Source: the human T2T-CHM13v2.0 reference genome, Homo sapiens. From it: 64,000 bases of DNA. Location: NCBI RefSeq assembly GCF_009914755.1, contig NC_060932.1; one strand, given 5' to 3'. How positions within the stretch are numbered: the stretch's first letter is position 1; every line of letters begins with the position of its first letter. The position numbers and the translations under genes were made by a program. Below are positions 43,331-60,825 of this stretch, piece by piece. Under the pieces are notes generated by a model. It saw nothing but the letters and a program-made list of their open reading frames with translations. It searched no databases and was not told where the DNA came from.

Positions 43331-44988
43331 TATAATTGGCACTAGTTTTCACCTTCTGGGAAGCCATTTCCAATTTTCTCCAGGGAGAATTAACCACTAT
43401 TAGCTCAGTGCTGCCATAAGAGGCACAGTTAACAATGACCTGCTCTGGTTTGTGTGAACAAGATGTCTACATGTCCTTATTACTGGTAGACTCCAACTTT
43501 CTGGAGGACAAGAGGGCCTTGTACATCTCAGGTGAGTCAGTGCATTCTGATTTTGATTACTTGTCTTTTTGGATAATTCAAAGTAGCACTTCCACCTCTT
43601 ATCTTTGGTATTTGACATTTTGTAAAGTTCTCTATTCATTAAAATCTTTTATTCTTTGAAGTGTATCCCCATTGTTAAGGCCCAGCTAAGCTGACTTCTC
43701 TAGGGAAGTGATCTCTGATACTCCAGCAGAGTGCCCACTCTCTGTTGTCAGCACAGTGATACATGAGGTGAATCTCCTCATGGGAGAGTTGAAGTGATTC
43801 CCTTGACAGACTAATTTCTATGTCAATGTTTATATGTTGTTTTCTTTTTCCTTTATTCCAAGGTGAACTTGGTTTACATTTAAAAGATACTATCTTGAAT
43901 AAAGGATGTGTTCATAGTCCAATAGTCCCTCTCTCTATTGAAAGAATCATGGCAAGACAACTGAATTCCATTTTAGACATCAGACTTAAGAAGCCATACA
44001 GACCCACAGACAAACATACAGACCCAAACAGGAAGAGTCCTGGAAGGATTCAAAATCATGTTATACAGTAAACAGCAGAATGAACAGGCATGTGAGAAAT
44101 CAGGTTGGGTTTGCATAATAACGGAACATATCCCTGTGAAAGAAGAGGCAGACCTCTTGCAATGCCCCAAAGAAAACTGTAAGGTTAAACAAAGCTTGAG
44201 ATGTCAAATTCCAGGCTGAAAAGCTACTAGATGAGGTCTTCGGGTTTGCTACTCAAGGATTCAATGAGAGTTGAACTAGATACCTTTTAATTCTGTCTCT
44301 AATTTTGAGAGTCTATGATGTTTTCTGAAAGCTACATGTAAGTGGAGACAATATTTTCAATTATCAAGAAAGAGCCCAGCACTTAGTGTCATATACTTAG
44401 TGAGTACATGTTGAATGGGTGGATTAGACTTCTGTTTTATTCTAGACTACAGGGAACTAGCACATCTTGGGGTATCCCAAACTTCTCTGTCCACTAATGA
44501 GTATCAAAATAAGGCTTTAGGAGACTTCAGGGTATTTAATTAGCTTAAAGAGCCAGAATCGTTTGAGCTAAATTTCGTATCTTAAATTTCTCATTCTAAT
44601 TGTGAAGACACAGGCAATAAATGTAATCACCTTGTATTCACATTCATGTCATAACTATTTCTTACCCAGTGCCTGTAACTATCTCAATTATCTGAAATGG
44701 TTCAACACCACAGTCAAAAATAGGCTAGAGTTGGCAATAACAATAAAGCTAAAAAGGGTCCTGACTACTTTATGACTCTGTGGAACCATTATACTCCTCA
44801 GTATCCAAGTGAGGCTGATAACAAGAGGACATTAAAATGTTAGCATCCTCAAACAACAGTGTGGTTATTGCTTATTAATTATACCAAAGGAGCACAACTA
44901 ATTAGTTTTAATAGGTAGCATTATGTATGCCAGCGACAGATCAGAGAAAGTCTGTGGGTCGTATAAAATTCTTTAGAGGAACAACTGA

Positions 44989-45324
<336 letters not shown>

Positions 45325-46559
45325 TGACAGTTGTTCTGCACACCTAAGACACATGGAAATAAACATACAGGACTGGGAGAGCTTGATCCACAGCCTTCCG
45401 TTTTGAGTGTGGATTACAATTTGTGCAGCATAGTAATTGTTTTCATAGGGATTTTTCCCTTTCAAATAAAATTGGAAACATTTTCCCATCTTCTTTCCTT
45501 AGCTTGTCTCTTCTCCCAGTGAGAACACAGAGGATAAGACAGGAAGGTAGGAGAGAAATATCTAATTGATTGTCAAATGTATCTATTATGAAAATGAATT
45601 TATAAATTTAAAGGTGAGCATATTTTGGATTTAAAAATGATGATATATTCCTTTTTATAAGTACTTCTGAAATTTGTATTCCTATCTTCGTGTATTAGTG
45701 AACATCTTTCCCCCCCAAAATATGATCATTTTAATTTTTTAAATTTATTTTAAAACCTCTCATCTTGTAGATTAAAAATTGAATCTAACTGCTTCTTTAA
45801 TTTATATAGCCTTCATTTCTAGTGCATTTGTATTTTGTCAAATGTCTCCCATGTATGCTTTTATAAATTACCTGGTCTTATCATTAGCAATTGTCTTATT
45901 AAGTTGTTTTTTCCCTTAATGTAGAAACTATTAATATATTCTGGGTATAGTCAATAAAATCCTACCCAAATGTCCCAGATTTGGGGCTGATCGAGCAAGA
46001 AGTTAAAAATCCTGATAAGGAAAATTCTGAAGGCTATAAAGTTAAATGTGGTCATGTATAAGCAAATGAGAAATCTCAGAACAAATGGGAATTAGCAAAA
46101 CAACATTTTGTTTCCAAATTTTGGCTACCCTCTGAGAGCTGGAATATGACACAGTTAAAATCAGGACAGAGCAATTTCGTGAAACATAAAACAGTTACAA
46201 AAAATGAAGAAAAGCAGCTGCATCTTAGGAGGGAAGTCACTTATTTGCTAAGAAAACTTAAAGCCACACAATTTTTCTGCCCACACCCTCCCTGAAAATG
46301 TATTATATTAAATCTTAAAGTTTATTGCAGAACTCACTTTATTTGCCATATGATTATGTTTCGAGAGGAATCCAGGGAAAAAAACATGTGGACACTAGAT
46401 ATCTGAATGTGAGAAGATATCCGAAGTGGAACATACAAATAGCATATAAACATACATAGATATGGTATACACAGGTGTAGTATCTGTATCCCCATCTACG
46501 TATCTATCTATCATCTATATATATACACATCTATGTATCTATATATATCTATAGTCACT

Positions 46560-47120
46560 GATTGGGGGAAATCGCACATCAAATGAGAATTCTTAGCATG
46601 GTTACTTGTTGTATATGTATCCTTGAGCAAGTCACTTCCTTTTCTTGATCTCAGTCCCTTCATTTCTAAAGTGAGGAAATTAATAACAGGATCCAACTGA
46701 GTTGCTCTGATAAGTGAGCTGTATGCAAAAGTTCCTATAAACTCTGAAATCATCTATGAATGTTAATATTTTCTTGTTGAACAATTTTACAGAAAGATGG
46801 AAGAAAATTATGTTTTTGTTTAAATAAAACTCAGGTGATTACTTTAGGGCTCAGTTTTAGTAGTACTGGTATTAGTGTTGTTTTCATTTAGCTAAAATGT
46901 CTGAGTGCTTATCACATGCTGAGCAATGATCCACACACTATATAATCTCACTTAAACCACATCAGATCTTTTCAAATGAATGGTAATGGAATTTTAATTT
47001 GACAGAAAAGTGAAGTCAAGAGTAATCAATTAATTTTTCCAATGCAATGAGGATATGATGAATAGTGGCACCAAAGGATAAAACCATGCCCTTGGGTATC
47101 ACAGTACACTGGTTTTCCAG
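46560..47120. mobile_element. Two MIRs (plus ~46560-46770, minus ~46870-47120)
   Basis: tatccttgagcaagtcacttcc...ctcagtcccttcatttctaaagtgagg MIR core. Confidence 0.7.
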
Positions 47121-49084
47121 CAGAGGATTAAGAAGGGTCAACTTGGAAAGTGAGTTTTCATTACGTAGAACTACCTCCTTCCCTTAATGTAGGCGTACTA
47201 TATCTGCTATAGTGGCCTCCACCTGACATGACTGGTGGGGGTGGAGGAGTTGCCATGCAGGACACAGGATGTCTAAAATCCAGAATTCTCAGTCCCCACA
47301 CAAACTTCATATAACTCATAAACTCTGCCCCAACCCTTGCTTTGTTGGCTTCGCAATTCTTCTTCAACCACATTCTGCAACCATAGCATCCAGCACAGCC
47401 TATCTATTTAACATGTTACCTGTACACATACAGTGCCCCACTACTAGATTTCTGGGAATGGAGAGGAAGAGGTTGGCCTTGTATATATATGCTATTGATG
47501 TGTTGCCCCCATACTGAGCCCTGCACATAACTTCTGGAATGTTCCACATGATGTTATCACTTTTTCCTTTTTTACCCTTATTAATATTAGCTCAGATTTC
47601 TATTTATTTTTAAAAAATCTATATTTTCCTCTTTTGCCCAGCACATCTCTTCCCTTTCCTTCTAATACAAAATATTAACCACATTAACTGGTCCTTGATA
47701 TCAGAAATCCCCTGTTATTAGTAAGAACATGTTGAGTTTAACACATTTTTAAAATCCCTATATTAATTCTCTAACATATTGGGCCTAACATGTTTTGAAA
47801 ACCAACCAAGCTCATTAATTTAACTGTTTTATTGTTGTTTACTTTTTTATGCATCACATAATGGGAGTAAAACCCAGTGTGAAATCCATTCTAATATATA
47901 TGTGTGTATATATATATAATTTATATATATAATATATATTTATGTATTATATATTATATATTTTAGAATTACTATATATAGTAATTTTTTAACAATTTAG
48001 AATGACAATTACAGTATGTATATCTGAAGAAATGTGTACAGTGTCTTTTTATATATTCACTATGATTCAATATGATGAGGTGTTTGCTTTTTATTGAAAT
48101 GCTCTTGCCAGTTAGTGGACAGTTTCAGATGTTAGAAGGTTCAATGTCTCACCGACCTAACAACTATTCCTCAGTTATGTTTTTCCTGTTTCCTTTCCTG
48201 TACTCTGGAACTTCAAAAACAACAAGAAAATAATTATTTGTAAAAATCACCTTACATGCCTACAGCACATTTCATTTCACAAATCACAAAATAGGCATTT
48301 TGATCATCACCTGAAACAGAGATACAGGTATTATCAGTAGCTCCCACATACAGAGACCCAGAGAGATTATGTGGCTTAGCCAAGGTCACATTTTAGAATA
48401 AAAACAAAGCTATTATTTGAATATATTTTTTGCAAACTTCTAGTTTAAAATTTTCTCTAATTCTCTATGGCAGCTCTTCCACCATTTGAAAATAATTAAT
48501 ATTCCAACTATCTTTGTTCCAAACTAAAATCCCTTGGCTGATGTTTGGAGGTAATCTGATGAATGTACCTATTGTCTCAAACAAATAGCTGGTCATTACT
48601 CTCCTTCATTTGCCTTCTCCCTTGGATGTGAAGTTTAGTTTGGGATGCCTTGCTAAGTTGAAATCTAAGAGAGTGGTGTTTGTCGTTTTGAGCATGGGGA
48701 CTATTTATAAAGAGTCATGTGAAAGTCTGAAGGTCTATCATCTATAAGAGAAGAAATGGCATTTACCTTCAAGAATTTAAATAATTTTAGAAAATCGTAT
48801 GTATTTTGTGTAGCTCTAGATAGTTGATTAGAGCAACAAATGCATGTTAGAGGGAAATTAATTTCAGTCCACTCTACCTCTTCTAGATTAAGTTGAATAT
48901 TCCATTGTACCCTGACTCTTTTAAACGAGCAAATAAATTAATAAGGGAGATCTTTCAAAGTTACAACTTTGCAAACTGTTCACCTTCCTCTCAAACCCTT
49001 ATATTGATCAGTTTTTCATGGCCCATGTATTTATTCATTCCTTTGCAACCCTGATGCCAATTCTCTCTTATTTTCTCCCTTTAA

Positions 49085-49720
49085 AAATTTTATTTTTAGT
49101 TGACCAATAAAAATTGTCTATAGTGTGCAACATGTTGTTTTGAAATATTTATATAGTGTGAAATGGCTAAATCAAGCTAACTAATATATGTTTACTTCAC
49201 ATACTTATTTTGTTGTGTGGTGAGAACACTTAAAATCCACTCTCAGCAATTTATATATCTCTCTCTATATATATATTTTTAAATCATACTTTAAGTTCTG
49301 GGATACATGTGCAGAATGTGTAGGTCTGTTACATGGGTATACATGAGCCATGGTGGTTTGCTGCACCCATCAACCCGTCATCTACATTAGGTATTTCTCC
49401 TAATGCTATCCCTCTCGTAGCCTCCCACGCTCTGATAGGCCCCGGTGTGTAATATTCCCCTCCCTGTGTCCATGTGTTCTCATTGTTCAACTCCCAATCA
49501 TGAGTGAGAACATACGGTGTTTGCTTTTCTGTTCCTCTGTTAGTTTGCTGAGAATGATGGTTTCCAGCTTCATCCATGTTCCTGCAAAGGATATAAATAA
49601 TATAATACATTGTTAGCAACTATAGCCAAAGTGTTATATAATAACTCACATGAACTTATTCCTCCTAAGTTAAATTGTGTATCCTTTGACTAACATCTCC
49701 CCACTCCAACTCCCATTTTA
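49085..49720 (-). mobile_element. L1MA 3' end interrupted by an L1PA7-like 3' fragment (49275-49593)
   Basis: gtgagaacacttaaaatccactctcagcaattt (L1MA); atactttaagttctgggatacatgtgcag...ctacattaggtatttctcctaatgctatccct (L1PA6-8). Confidence 0.85.
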
Positions 49721-50009
49721 TATTTTAAACTTCTTCTACTTTCCTACTGGATCTCTGCAATATTTCACTGAGAAATGCTTTCAACTGCAATGTAACAGAA
49801 TATTTAACTAGAAGTGCATGTTGTGGAATTTTGAAGTCTACTCAAAAAGTCAGTGCACAAAATCTAAGACTAGGAACACTGTTGGCATAACATAGTGAAC
49901 TTGCTGTCACTGATAGAAATCAAGTTACTAGACTTCAAGAAAAATGATATACAGAGGGTTCTCACAGTAAGCAGGATGTTGGTCTAAATCAACATTTCTG
50001 GAAATTTTG

Positions 50010-50170
50010 TCTGATGACCATCTATCCCTGAGTCATTTAGGAAGCTTAAGATAAAGTGGATTTTTAAGCCCCAGAGTAGGATTACTGAAACAGAAGTTCT
50101 GGAGTGAGGTCATGGAATATGCATTTTTCAGAAGATTCCCAAATGATTGTCATTCAAAGTTTTGAGAATC
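50010..50170. mobile_element. MER5-like hAT fragment
   Basis: tactgaaacagaagttctggagtgaggtcatggaatatgcattttt...gttttgagaa. Confidence 0.55.
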
Positions 50171-50404
50171 CTTTGTCCATGTAGTCATTAAAATTTCTTT
50201 CAATTATTTCATTCCAAAGACTAGTGATTTGTCATCTAAAAATGGGACACTAGACAGGAACGAGGCTGACTCCAGAATGTTGAACGACATGTGCCAGACA
50301 CTCCCTTAGACAGGAACTGCTGAATAGGTGGGAACGTGTGTAACTCTGATCAGCCCCTAGTCCTTAACAGTCCCTGTGCATTTTACCAACATAAATTTAC
50401 TTAA

Positions 50405-51689
50405 CATATATTTAGGATAGTTAGCTCTTCTTGTTGAATTGATCCCTTTACCATTATGTAATGGCCTTCTTTGTCTCTTTTGATCTTTGTTGGTTTAAAC
50501 TCTGTTTTATCAGAGACTAGGATTGCAACCCCTGCCTTTTTTTGTTTTCCATTTTATTGATAGATCTTCCTCCGTCCCTTTATTTTGAGCCTATGTATGT
50601 TTCTGCACGTGAGATGGGTTTCCTGAATACAGCACACCGATGGGTCTTGACTCTTTATCCAATTTGCCAGTCTGTGTCTTTTAATTGGAGCATTTAGCCC
50701 ATTTACATTTAAAGTTAAGATTGTTATGTGTGAATTTGATCCTGTCATTATGATGTTAGCTGGTTATTTTGCTCATTAGTTGATGCAGTTTCTTCCTAGC
50801 CTTGATGGCCTTTACAATTTGGCATGTTTTTGCAGTGGCTGGCACTGGTTGTTCCTTTCCATGTTTAGTGCTTCCTTCAGGAGCTGTTGTAGGGCAGGCC
50901 TGTTGGTGACAAAATCTCTCAGCATTTGCTTGTCTGTAAAGTATTTTATTTCTCCTTCACTTATGAAGCTTAGTTTGGCTGGATATGAAATTGTTGGTTG
51001 AAAATTCTTTTCTTTAGTAATGTTGAATAGTGGTCCCCATTCTCTTCTGGCTTGTAGAGTTTCTGCCCAGAGATCAGCTGTTAGTCTGATGGGCTTCCTT
51101 TGTGGGTAACCCGACCTTTCTCTCTGGCTGCCCTTAACATTTTTTCCTTCATTTCAACTTTGATGAATCTGACAATTATGTGTCTTGGAGTTGCTCTTCT
51201 CGAGGAGTATCTTTGTGGCATTCTCTGTATTTCCTGAATTTGAATGTTGGCCTGCCTTGCTAGATTGGGGAAGTTCTCCTGGATAATATCCTGCAGTTGG
51301 ATATCCAATATCCAACTTGGTTCCATTCTCCCCGTCACTTTCAGGTACACCAATCAGATGTAGATTTGGTCTTTTCACATAGTCCCATATTTCTTAGAGG
51401 CTTTGTTTGTTTGTTTTTATTCTTTATTCTCCAAACTTCTCTTCTCTCTTCATTTCATTCATTTCGTCTTTCATCACTGATACCCTTTCTTCCAGTTGAT
51501 CACATCGGCTACTGAGGCTTCTGCATTTGTCACGTAGCTCTCGTGCCTTGGTTTTCAGCTCCATCAGGTCCTTTAAGGACTTCTCTGCATTGGTTATTCT
51601 AGTTATCCATTCATCTAATTTTTTTTCAAAGCTTTTAACTTCTCTGCCATTGGTTTGAAATTCCTCCTGTAGCTCAGAGTAGTTTGATC
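50405..51689 (-). pseudogene. L1 ORF1p (partial) and ORF2p endonuclease N-terminus, inverted segment
   Basis: Translations MTGSNSHITILTLNVNGLNAPIKRHRL (ORF2 start) and QDIIQENFPNLARQANIQIQEIQR (ORF1); frameshifted. Confidence 0.92.
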
Positions 51690-55147
<3,458 letters not shown>

Positions 55148-55696
55148 ACAATGAGAACACATGGACACAGGAAGGGGAACATCACACACTGGGGCCTGTT
55201 GTGGGGTGGGGGGAGGGGGGAGGGATAGCATTAGGGGATATACCTAATGCTAAATGACGAGTTAATGGGTGCAGCACACCAACATGGCACATGTATACAT
55301 ATGTAACAAACCTGCACGTTGTGCACATGTACCCTAAAACTTAAAGTATAATAATAAAATTTTTAAAAAAGTTAATATGAATAAAGACATAGCCAAGTTA
55401 ACTGACAAAAAAAAATTTACTTAATAAAGGTCTGAACCTAGGACCCATTCATTCTCTCATTTCTCTTTTCAAACATTTTATTCTTGAATTCAAGAACCTT
55501 ATTTGAACAATATTCTAATGCTAGACAGTGATCCATGCACTGAGCCACAAACTAAATGCAATCATTTTCATACCAGAGGAACTTATGTTTAAGTGGAAGA
55601 AAACAATGCGGAGATATATAAAGTAATAGTTTATTTGAATATGGGATATTACAACAAAGGCATACAAATTGTTGCCATTTAACACTGTAGGATACT

Positions 55697-57387
55697 TTTT
55701 TTTTAACTTCTATTTTAGGTTTGGAGGTATATGTGCAGGTTTGTTTTATAGGTAAACTTGTGTAACAGGGGTTTGTTGTACAGATTTTTTCATCACCCAG
55801 GTACTAAGCCTAGGACCCAATAGTTATTTTTTCTGCTCTTCTCCCTTCTCTCACCCTCCACCCTCTAGTAGGCCTCAGTGTCTGCTGTTCCTTTTTTGTG
55901 TGTCCATGAGTTCTCATCATTTAGTTCCTACTTGTAAGTGAGAACATGTGGTATTTGATTTTCCGTTCCTGTGTCAGTTTGCTAAGAATGATGCCCTCCA
56001 TGTTGCCACAAAAAAAAAAACCATTATTTCAATCTTTTTTAATGGCTGCATAGTATTCCACAGGGCATATGTACCATATTTTCTTTGTCCAACCTCTCAT
56101 TGATGGACATTTAGGTTGATTTCAGTCTTTGCTATTATGAATAGTGCTGCAATGAACATTTGCAGGCATGTGCCTTTATGGTAGAATGACTTATATTCCT
56201 CTGGGTATATACCCAGTAATGGAATTGCTGGGTCAAAAGGTAGTTCTGTTTTTAGCTTTGAGGAATTCCCATACAGCTTTCTATAATGGTTGAACTAATT
56301 TATATTTCCACCAACAGTATATAAGTGTTCCCTTTTCTCCACAACTTTGTCAGCATGTGTTATTTTTTGACTTTTTATTAATACTCATTCTGACTGATGC
56401 GAGATAGTATCTCATTGTGGTTTTGATTTGCATGTCTCTAATGATCAGTGATATTGACCTTTTTTCATCTCCTTGTTGGCAACATGTATGTCTTCTTCAG
56501 AAAGGTGACTGTTCACGTCTTTGCTCACTTTTTAAATGGGTTTTTTTGTTCTATTCTTGCTCAGAGAAATCAGAGATGACATCAAGAAAAAAATGTAAAA
56601 ACATCCCAGACTTATGGACAGGAGGAATCAATATCATTAAAATGGCCCTACTACCCAAAGAAATTTACAGATTCAATGATATTCCTACCAAACTACCAAG
56701 AACATTCTGCGCAGAACTAGAAAGAACTATTTTAAAATCCATATGGAACCAAAAAGAGCCTGAATAGCCAAGGCAATCCTAAGCAAAAAGAACAAAGCTA
56801 GCGGCATCATGTTATCTGACTTCAGAAAACTACACTACAGGGCTACAGTAACCAAAACAGCATGGTACTGGTACAAAAAGAGACACGTACTCCAATGGAA
56901 CAAAATAGCCCAGAAATAAGGCTGCACACCTACAACCATCTCATGTTCAACTAGGTTGACAAAAACAAATAATGGGGAAAGCATTTTCTGTTCAATAAAT
57001 GGTGCTGTAATAACTGGCTAGCCATGTGCAGAACATTGAAACTGGAACCCTTCCTTACAGCATATTCAAAAATCAACTCAAGATTGATTAAAGAGTAAAT
57101 GTAAATCCCAAAATTATAAAAGTTCTGGAAGACAACCTAGGCAAGACCATTCTAGACATAAAAATGAGCAAAGATTTCATGACAAAGATGCCAAAAGCAA
57201 TCACGACACAAGCAAAAATTGACAAGTGGGATCTAATTAAACTTAAGAGCTTCTGTGCAGCAAAACAAACTACCAGCAGAATAAAGAGACAACCTAAAAA
57301 ATGGGAGAAAATATTTGCAAAGTATGCATCTGACAAAGGTCTAATATCCAGCATCTATAAGGAACTTAAACCAATTTACAAGAAAAA
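55697..57387 (-). mobile_element. Older L1 (L1PA13-16-like) on the minus strand with a 5' inversion (55697-56559 minus; 56558-57387 plus)
   Basis: Poly-T and antisense 3' UTR, then a sense ORF2 piece ([31 protein letters not shown]); both segments break at the same caagaa position of ORF2. Confidence 0.88.
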
Positions 57388-58279
57388 TAAATCATACTAA
57401 GGTATTTTAATAGTCACTGAAATAGGGGAGCTTACTATCATGAATAAAGATGTTAAAGGGAGTCTTCTTTGTTATGGATATTCTATTTGCCTCTCCACAA
57501 GCACTCTGTCACCCCTTCTTACACATATTCGCATATAAGAGGCCAACAGTTGAGTTGCTTCTGACTACCACTTGGCTCCAATTATTGAGCAATAACAGCA
57601 GGTGATCAGCAGATCAGAGGGGAAAAAGAATGAGACCAGGATGATCAACCTCAAAGCCACACCCTCCTTGCTGAAATTTGTTAGTTGCTTCTCCCCTGTG
57701 TAAACCACTATTTTCCCAATTGATCCATCCCCAAAGCTAAAGGTATTGCTAAGTTCTGATAACTTGTTTCTTCTCTTGCTGTTTCAGAGTTAAGGATAGT
57801 AATGAGCTTTCCCACTTGCCATTCCAGGTATATTCACTGACCCTTCTTAGTTTTAATGAAGCCGTACCTTTGTAAGTATCCTATTCATTACTCTTTTTTT
57901 TCAGTTATCCTTTTTTAGAATACCAAGTCTTTCTTTCCTGGGAACTCATCACCTGAATTTGAGAAGAAGCCCTCCCAAGGCTTTTCTCAATAAAGAATAC
58001 ATTTGGTAGCTCTGGGGAACTTTAGGATGGCTCATGTGGCTGGAAGGGAGTTTAGGAGTGATTAAAGAGATCGGACAGAAGGCAGCAGACAATTATTCTG
58101 CCTTTCTTAAGGAGTCCAGATTTTGTTTTAAATTTTAATGGGGAGCCAATGCTGGACTTTAAGCGGTGATATAATCATATTCAGGATAAGTAAACAGGCT
58201 ATAGAATCAGACTGCCTGAGTTTAAACCCTGGCTCTGATAATTATTTGCTTAGTAACCTTGGTCAGGTTACTTAACCCC

Positions 58280-59387
58280 TGCAATGGTTACTTTTATGTG
58301 TCAAACTGACTGGGCCTTGGGGTGCCTGGAATAAATGTTATTTCTGGATGTGTCTATAAAGGTGTATTGGATGAGATTAGCATGTGAATTGGTGGACTCA
58401 GTAAAAGAACATGGCTCTCCCAGTGTGGGTGGGCATCATCCAATCCATTGAAGGCCTAAATAGAAAAAAAGTACAAGAGGGAGGATTTGTTCCGTTCCTG
58501 CCTGCCTGTTTGAGCTGGGACACTGGTCTTCTCCCGCCCTTTGACTAGGGTTTACACCATAGGCTCCCCTGGTTTTCAGGACTTCAGAGAAGAATTGAGG
58601 TTACACCTGCCAATCAAGAAAAATGACTGCACAAGCCTCAATCATTTTAGGAGGCTTATTTGCCAAAGTTAAGGACGTGCACCTGGGAGACAGGTCTATG
58701 CCTTTCTCCAAAGATGATTTTGAGGGCTCCAATTTTAAAGGGGAAAGGGAGGGATATTGAGAATTATACAATTTTCATGTAAGAGGTGGGTAGAGAAAAA
58801 TCGTCATTCATGCCTTTGTCTGGCTCGGTGAACCCTCGTTTTTTACATAAGATGACATAGACAAATGAAGCAGAGGAAAAATGCAGGGTATCTGCATTTT
58901 ATATGAGACAACATAGACAAAATGGACAGGGGAACAATCAGATATGTATTTGTGTCTAGTAGACCGGTCGGGGGGGCAGGGGTGTGACTGCATCTGTTAA
59001 AATAAGCTATCAATTTACATTGCTATGGTAAAATTTTAACACTAAAAAACACCTTAAAAGGTCTTGCAGCTCACTAGGAATTTCCTTGTGGGCAAAATAT
59101 AGGGTAAGCATGTAGCTTTTCATCTTGTAGCCATCTTATTTAGGAACCAAAAGAATGTGGCAGGTTTGCGTGACCTAGTTCCCAGCTTGACTTTTCCCTT
59201 TGGCTTCATGAGTTTGGGATCCCAATATTTAATTTCCTTTCAGATGCCACTGGTTTTCCTGGATCTCCAGCTTACAGATGACAGATTGTGGGGCTTCTTA
59301 GCCTCCATAGTCATGTGAGGCTCATCATCATTCTTCACTATGTGTAACCTGTTGGTTTTGCTTCTCAGGAGAACCTTCACTAATGCA
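58280..59387 (+). mobile_element. MLT2 (D-like) ERVL LTR, inserted in a MIR and interrupted by a PABL-like LTR
   Basis: tgcaatggttacttttatgtgtcaaactgactgggcc...gggtgggcatcatccaatccattgaaggcct...ggagaaccttcactaatgca. Confidence 0.88.
58608..59244 (-). mobile_element. PABL_A/B-like (MER4-group ERV1) solo LTR
   Basis: Antisense ggttcctaaataagatggctacaagatgaaaagctacatg...cacaaggaaattcctagtgagctg; flanks cacc/tgcc. Confidence 0.75.
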
Positions 59388-60825
59388 AACATTTCGTGCC
59401 TCACCTTCCGTATATGTGAGTAGGAGATAGTAACAGCACCTGCACTTAAAGTAGATGTAAAACTAAGAGTTAACACATAAAAGTACTTAAAACAGAGCTT
59501 AGCACATTGTAAGCAATTTACAAAATTAGCTATCATGATTATGTTTTAAAAGGATCACCCTGGTTGTTCTACCAGGAACACACATAGCTGAAGGACAAAA
59601 GCAAAAGCAGACAGATGCCTGCAAATACTTTCCATGGTGCAGGTGAGAGATGAGAGTTTGCAGAAAGTGGAGACATCAAAATGTCATTGGACAGACATCC
59701 ACATCCTAGCATTCTTGAGACCTATACTCAAGTCACCCAACATTAACTCAGTCTCAGTCTCGCCTTTGAAGAGAAACTTACTGTGGCCTACTTTTTCTGG
59801 GTGTTGGGAAGATAAACCATCTGTTTGTGAAGTTCTTTAAGAGTATATGGTATAATTTGCATTTATTTTTTTCTTAAGTTCTTCTCCAGCTCCAATAGTG
59901 AGAGCAAGTTATTAGTAGTCTGTACATAACCTCCAAAATGACCACTAACCACCGGATACCGTAGTAACCTGCAATAAATTTTAGAAACATGTCAGCCATT
60001 TAGGTAAATCTTCTATAATTTTAATTTAATTCTATTGATGAATGTTGAGGATAATCTCTTGAAATTGATTCCTATTGATTTGTGTCTAATGAAATTCAAT
60101 TAAACCCTAGTGATTTGCATTGAACAAATTAAATTGCACAGACTAATTGGATTGAAGGCATTTTCACTGAGGTGGAGAGCATTCATGGGGATGAACCCAC
60201 TGTGATATGGCTTTAATATGGGCTCCTGGAGTGATAGTTATTGGAAAATTATTAAAACTCAGCACATGTGTCGATTATTAAGAGCACGTTTTTTTAAAGA
60301 AAGATGAACTGCATAGGTCTTGTAATTATATTAACTCTTTGGCTCCATCACCTGTAACTAGTTGAGGATTGGGTGTAAGGGCTGCTCTTCTAATGATTTT
60401 AACTTTAATTGTAAAGAATGAGGAATGCAATACATCTGAAGAGAAAAGGCAAGGTAGAGAAGGAGGCAAACATTCACTAAGCATTGGATGATTCTTTTGT
60501 GCCTTTGTTTTTTAAAAATAAACATGCAGAATAAATCTGCATATAGCTGCCTGCCTTGAATACATCTTGTGTAATATTTCAGATCCTCTCAGACTTTCCT
60601 GTCCCTTATTTTAGCCACAATTGCAACAATCCCTATTTTAAGATGCATTGCATCCTGCTAGTGCCCCACCTCAGATCCTTGCCAGTCGTGTCATCTGGGA
60701 CTTCACTGTTGACACTGCTGCAAAGGACATCACAGGAATCCACTGGGGGTTCATCTCTACATGCAACCTAGAAATGCAGGGGAGTTAGCAGCCCCAAGAG
60801 TTAAGCTTTGAGTAACAATGAACAG

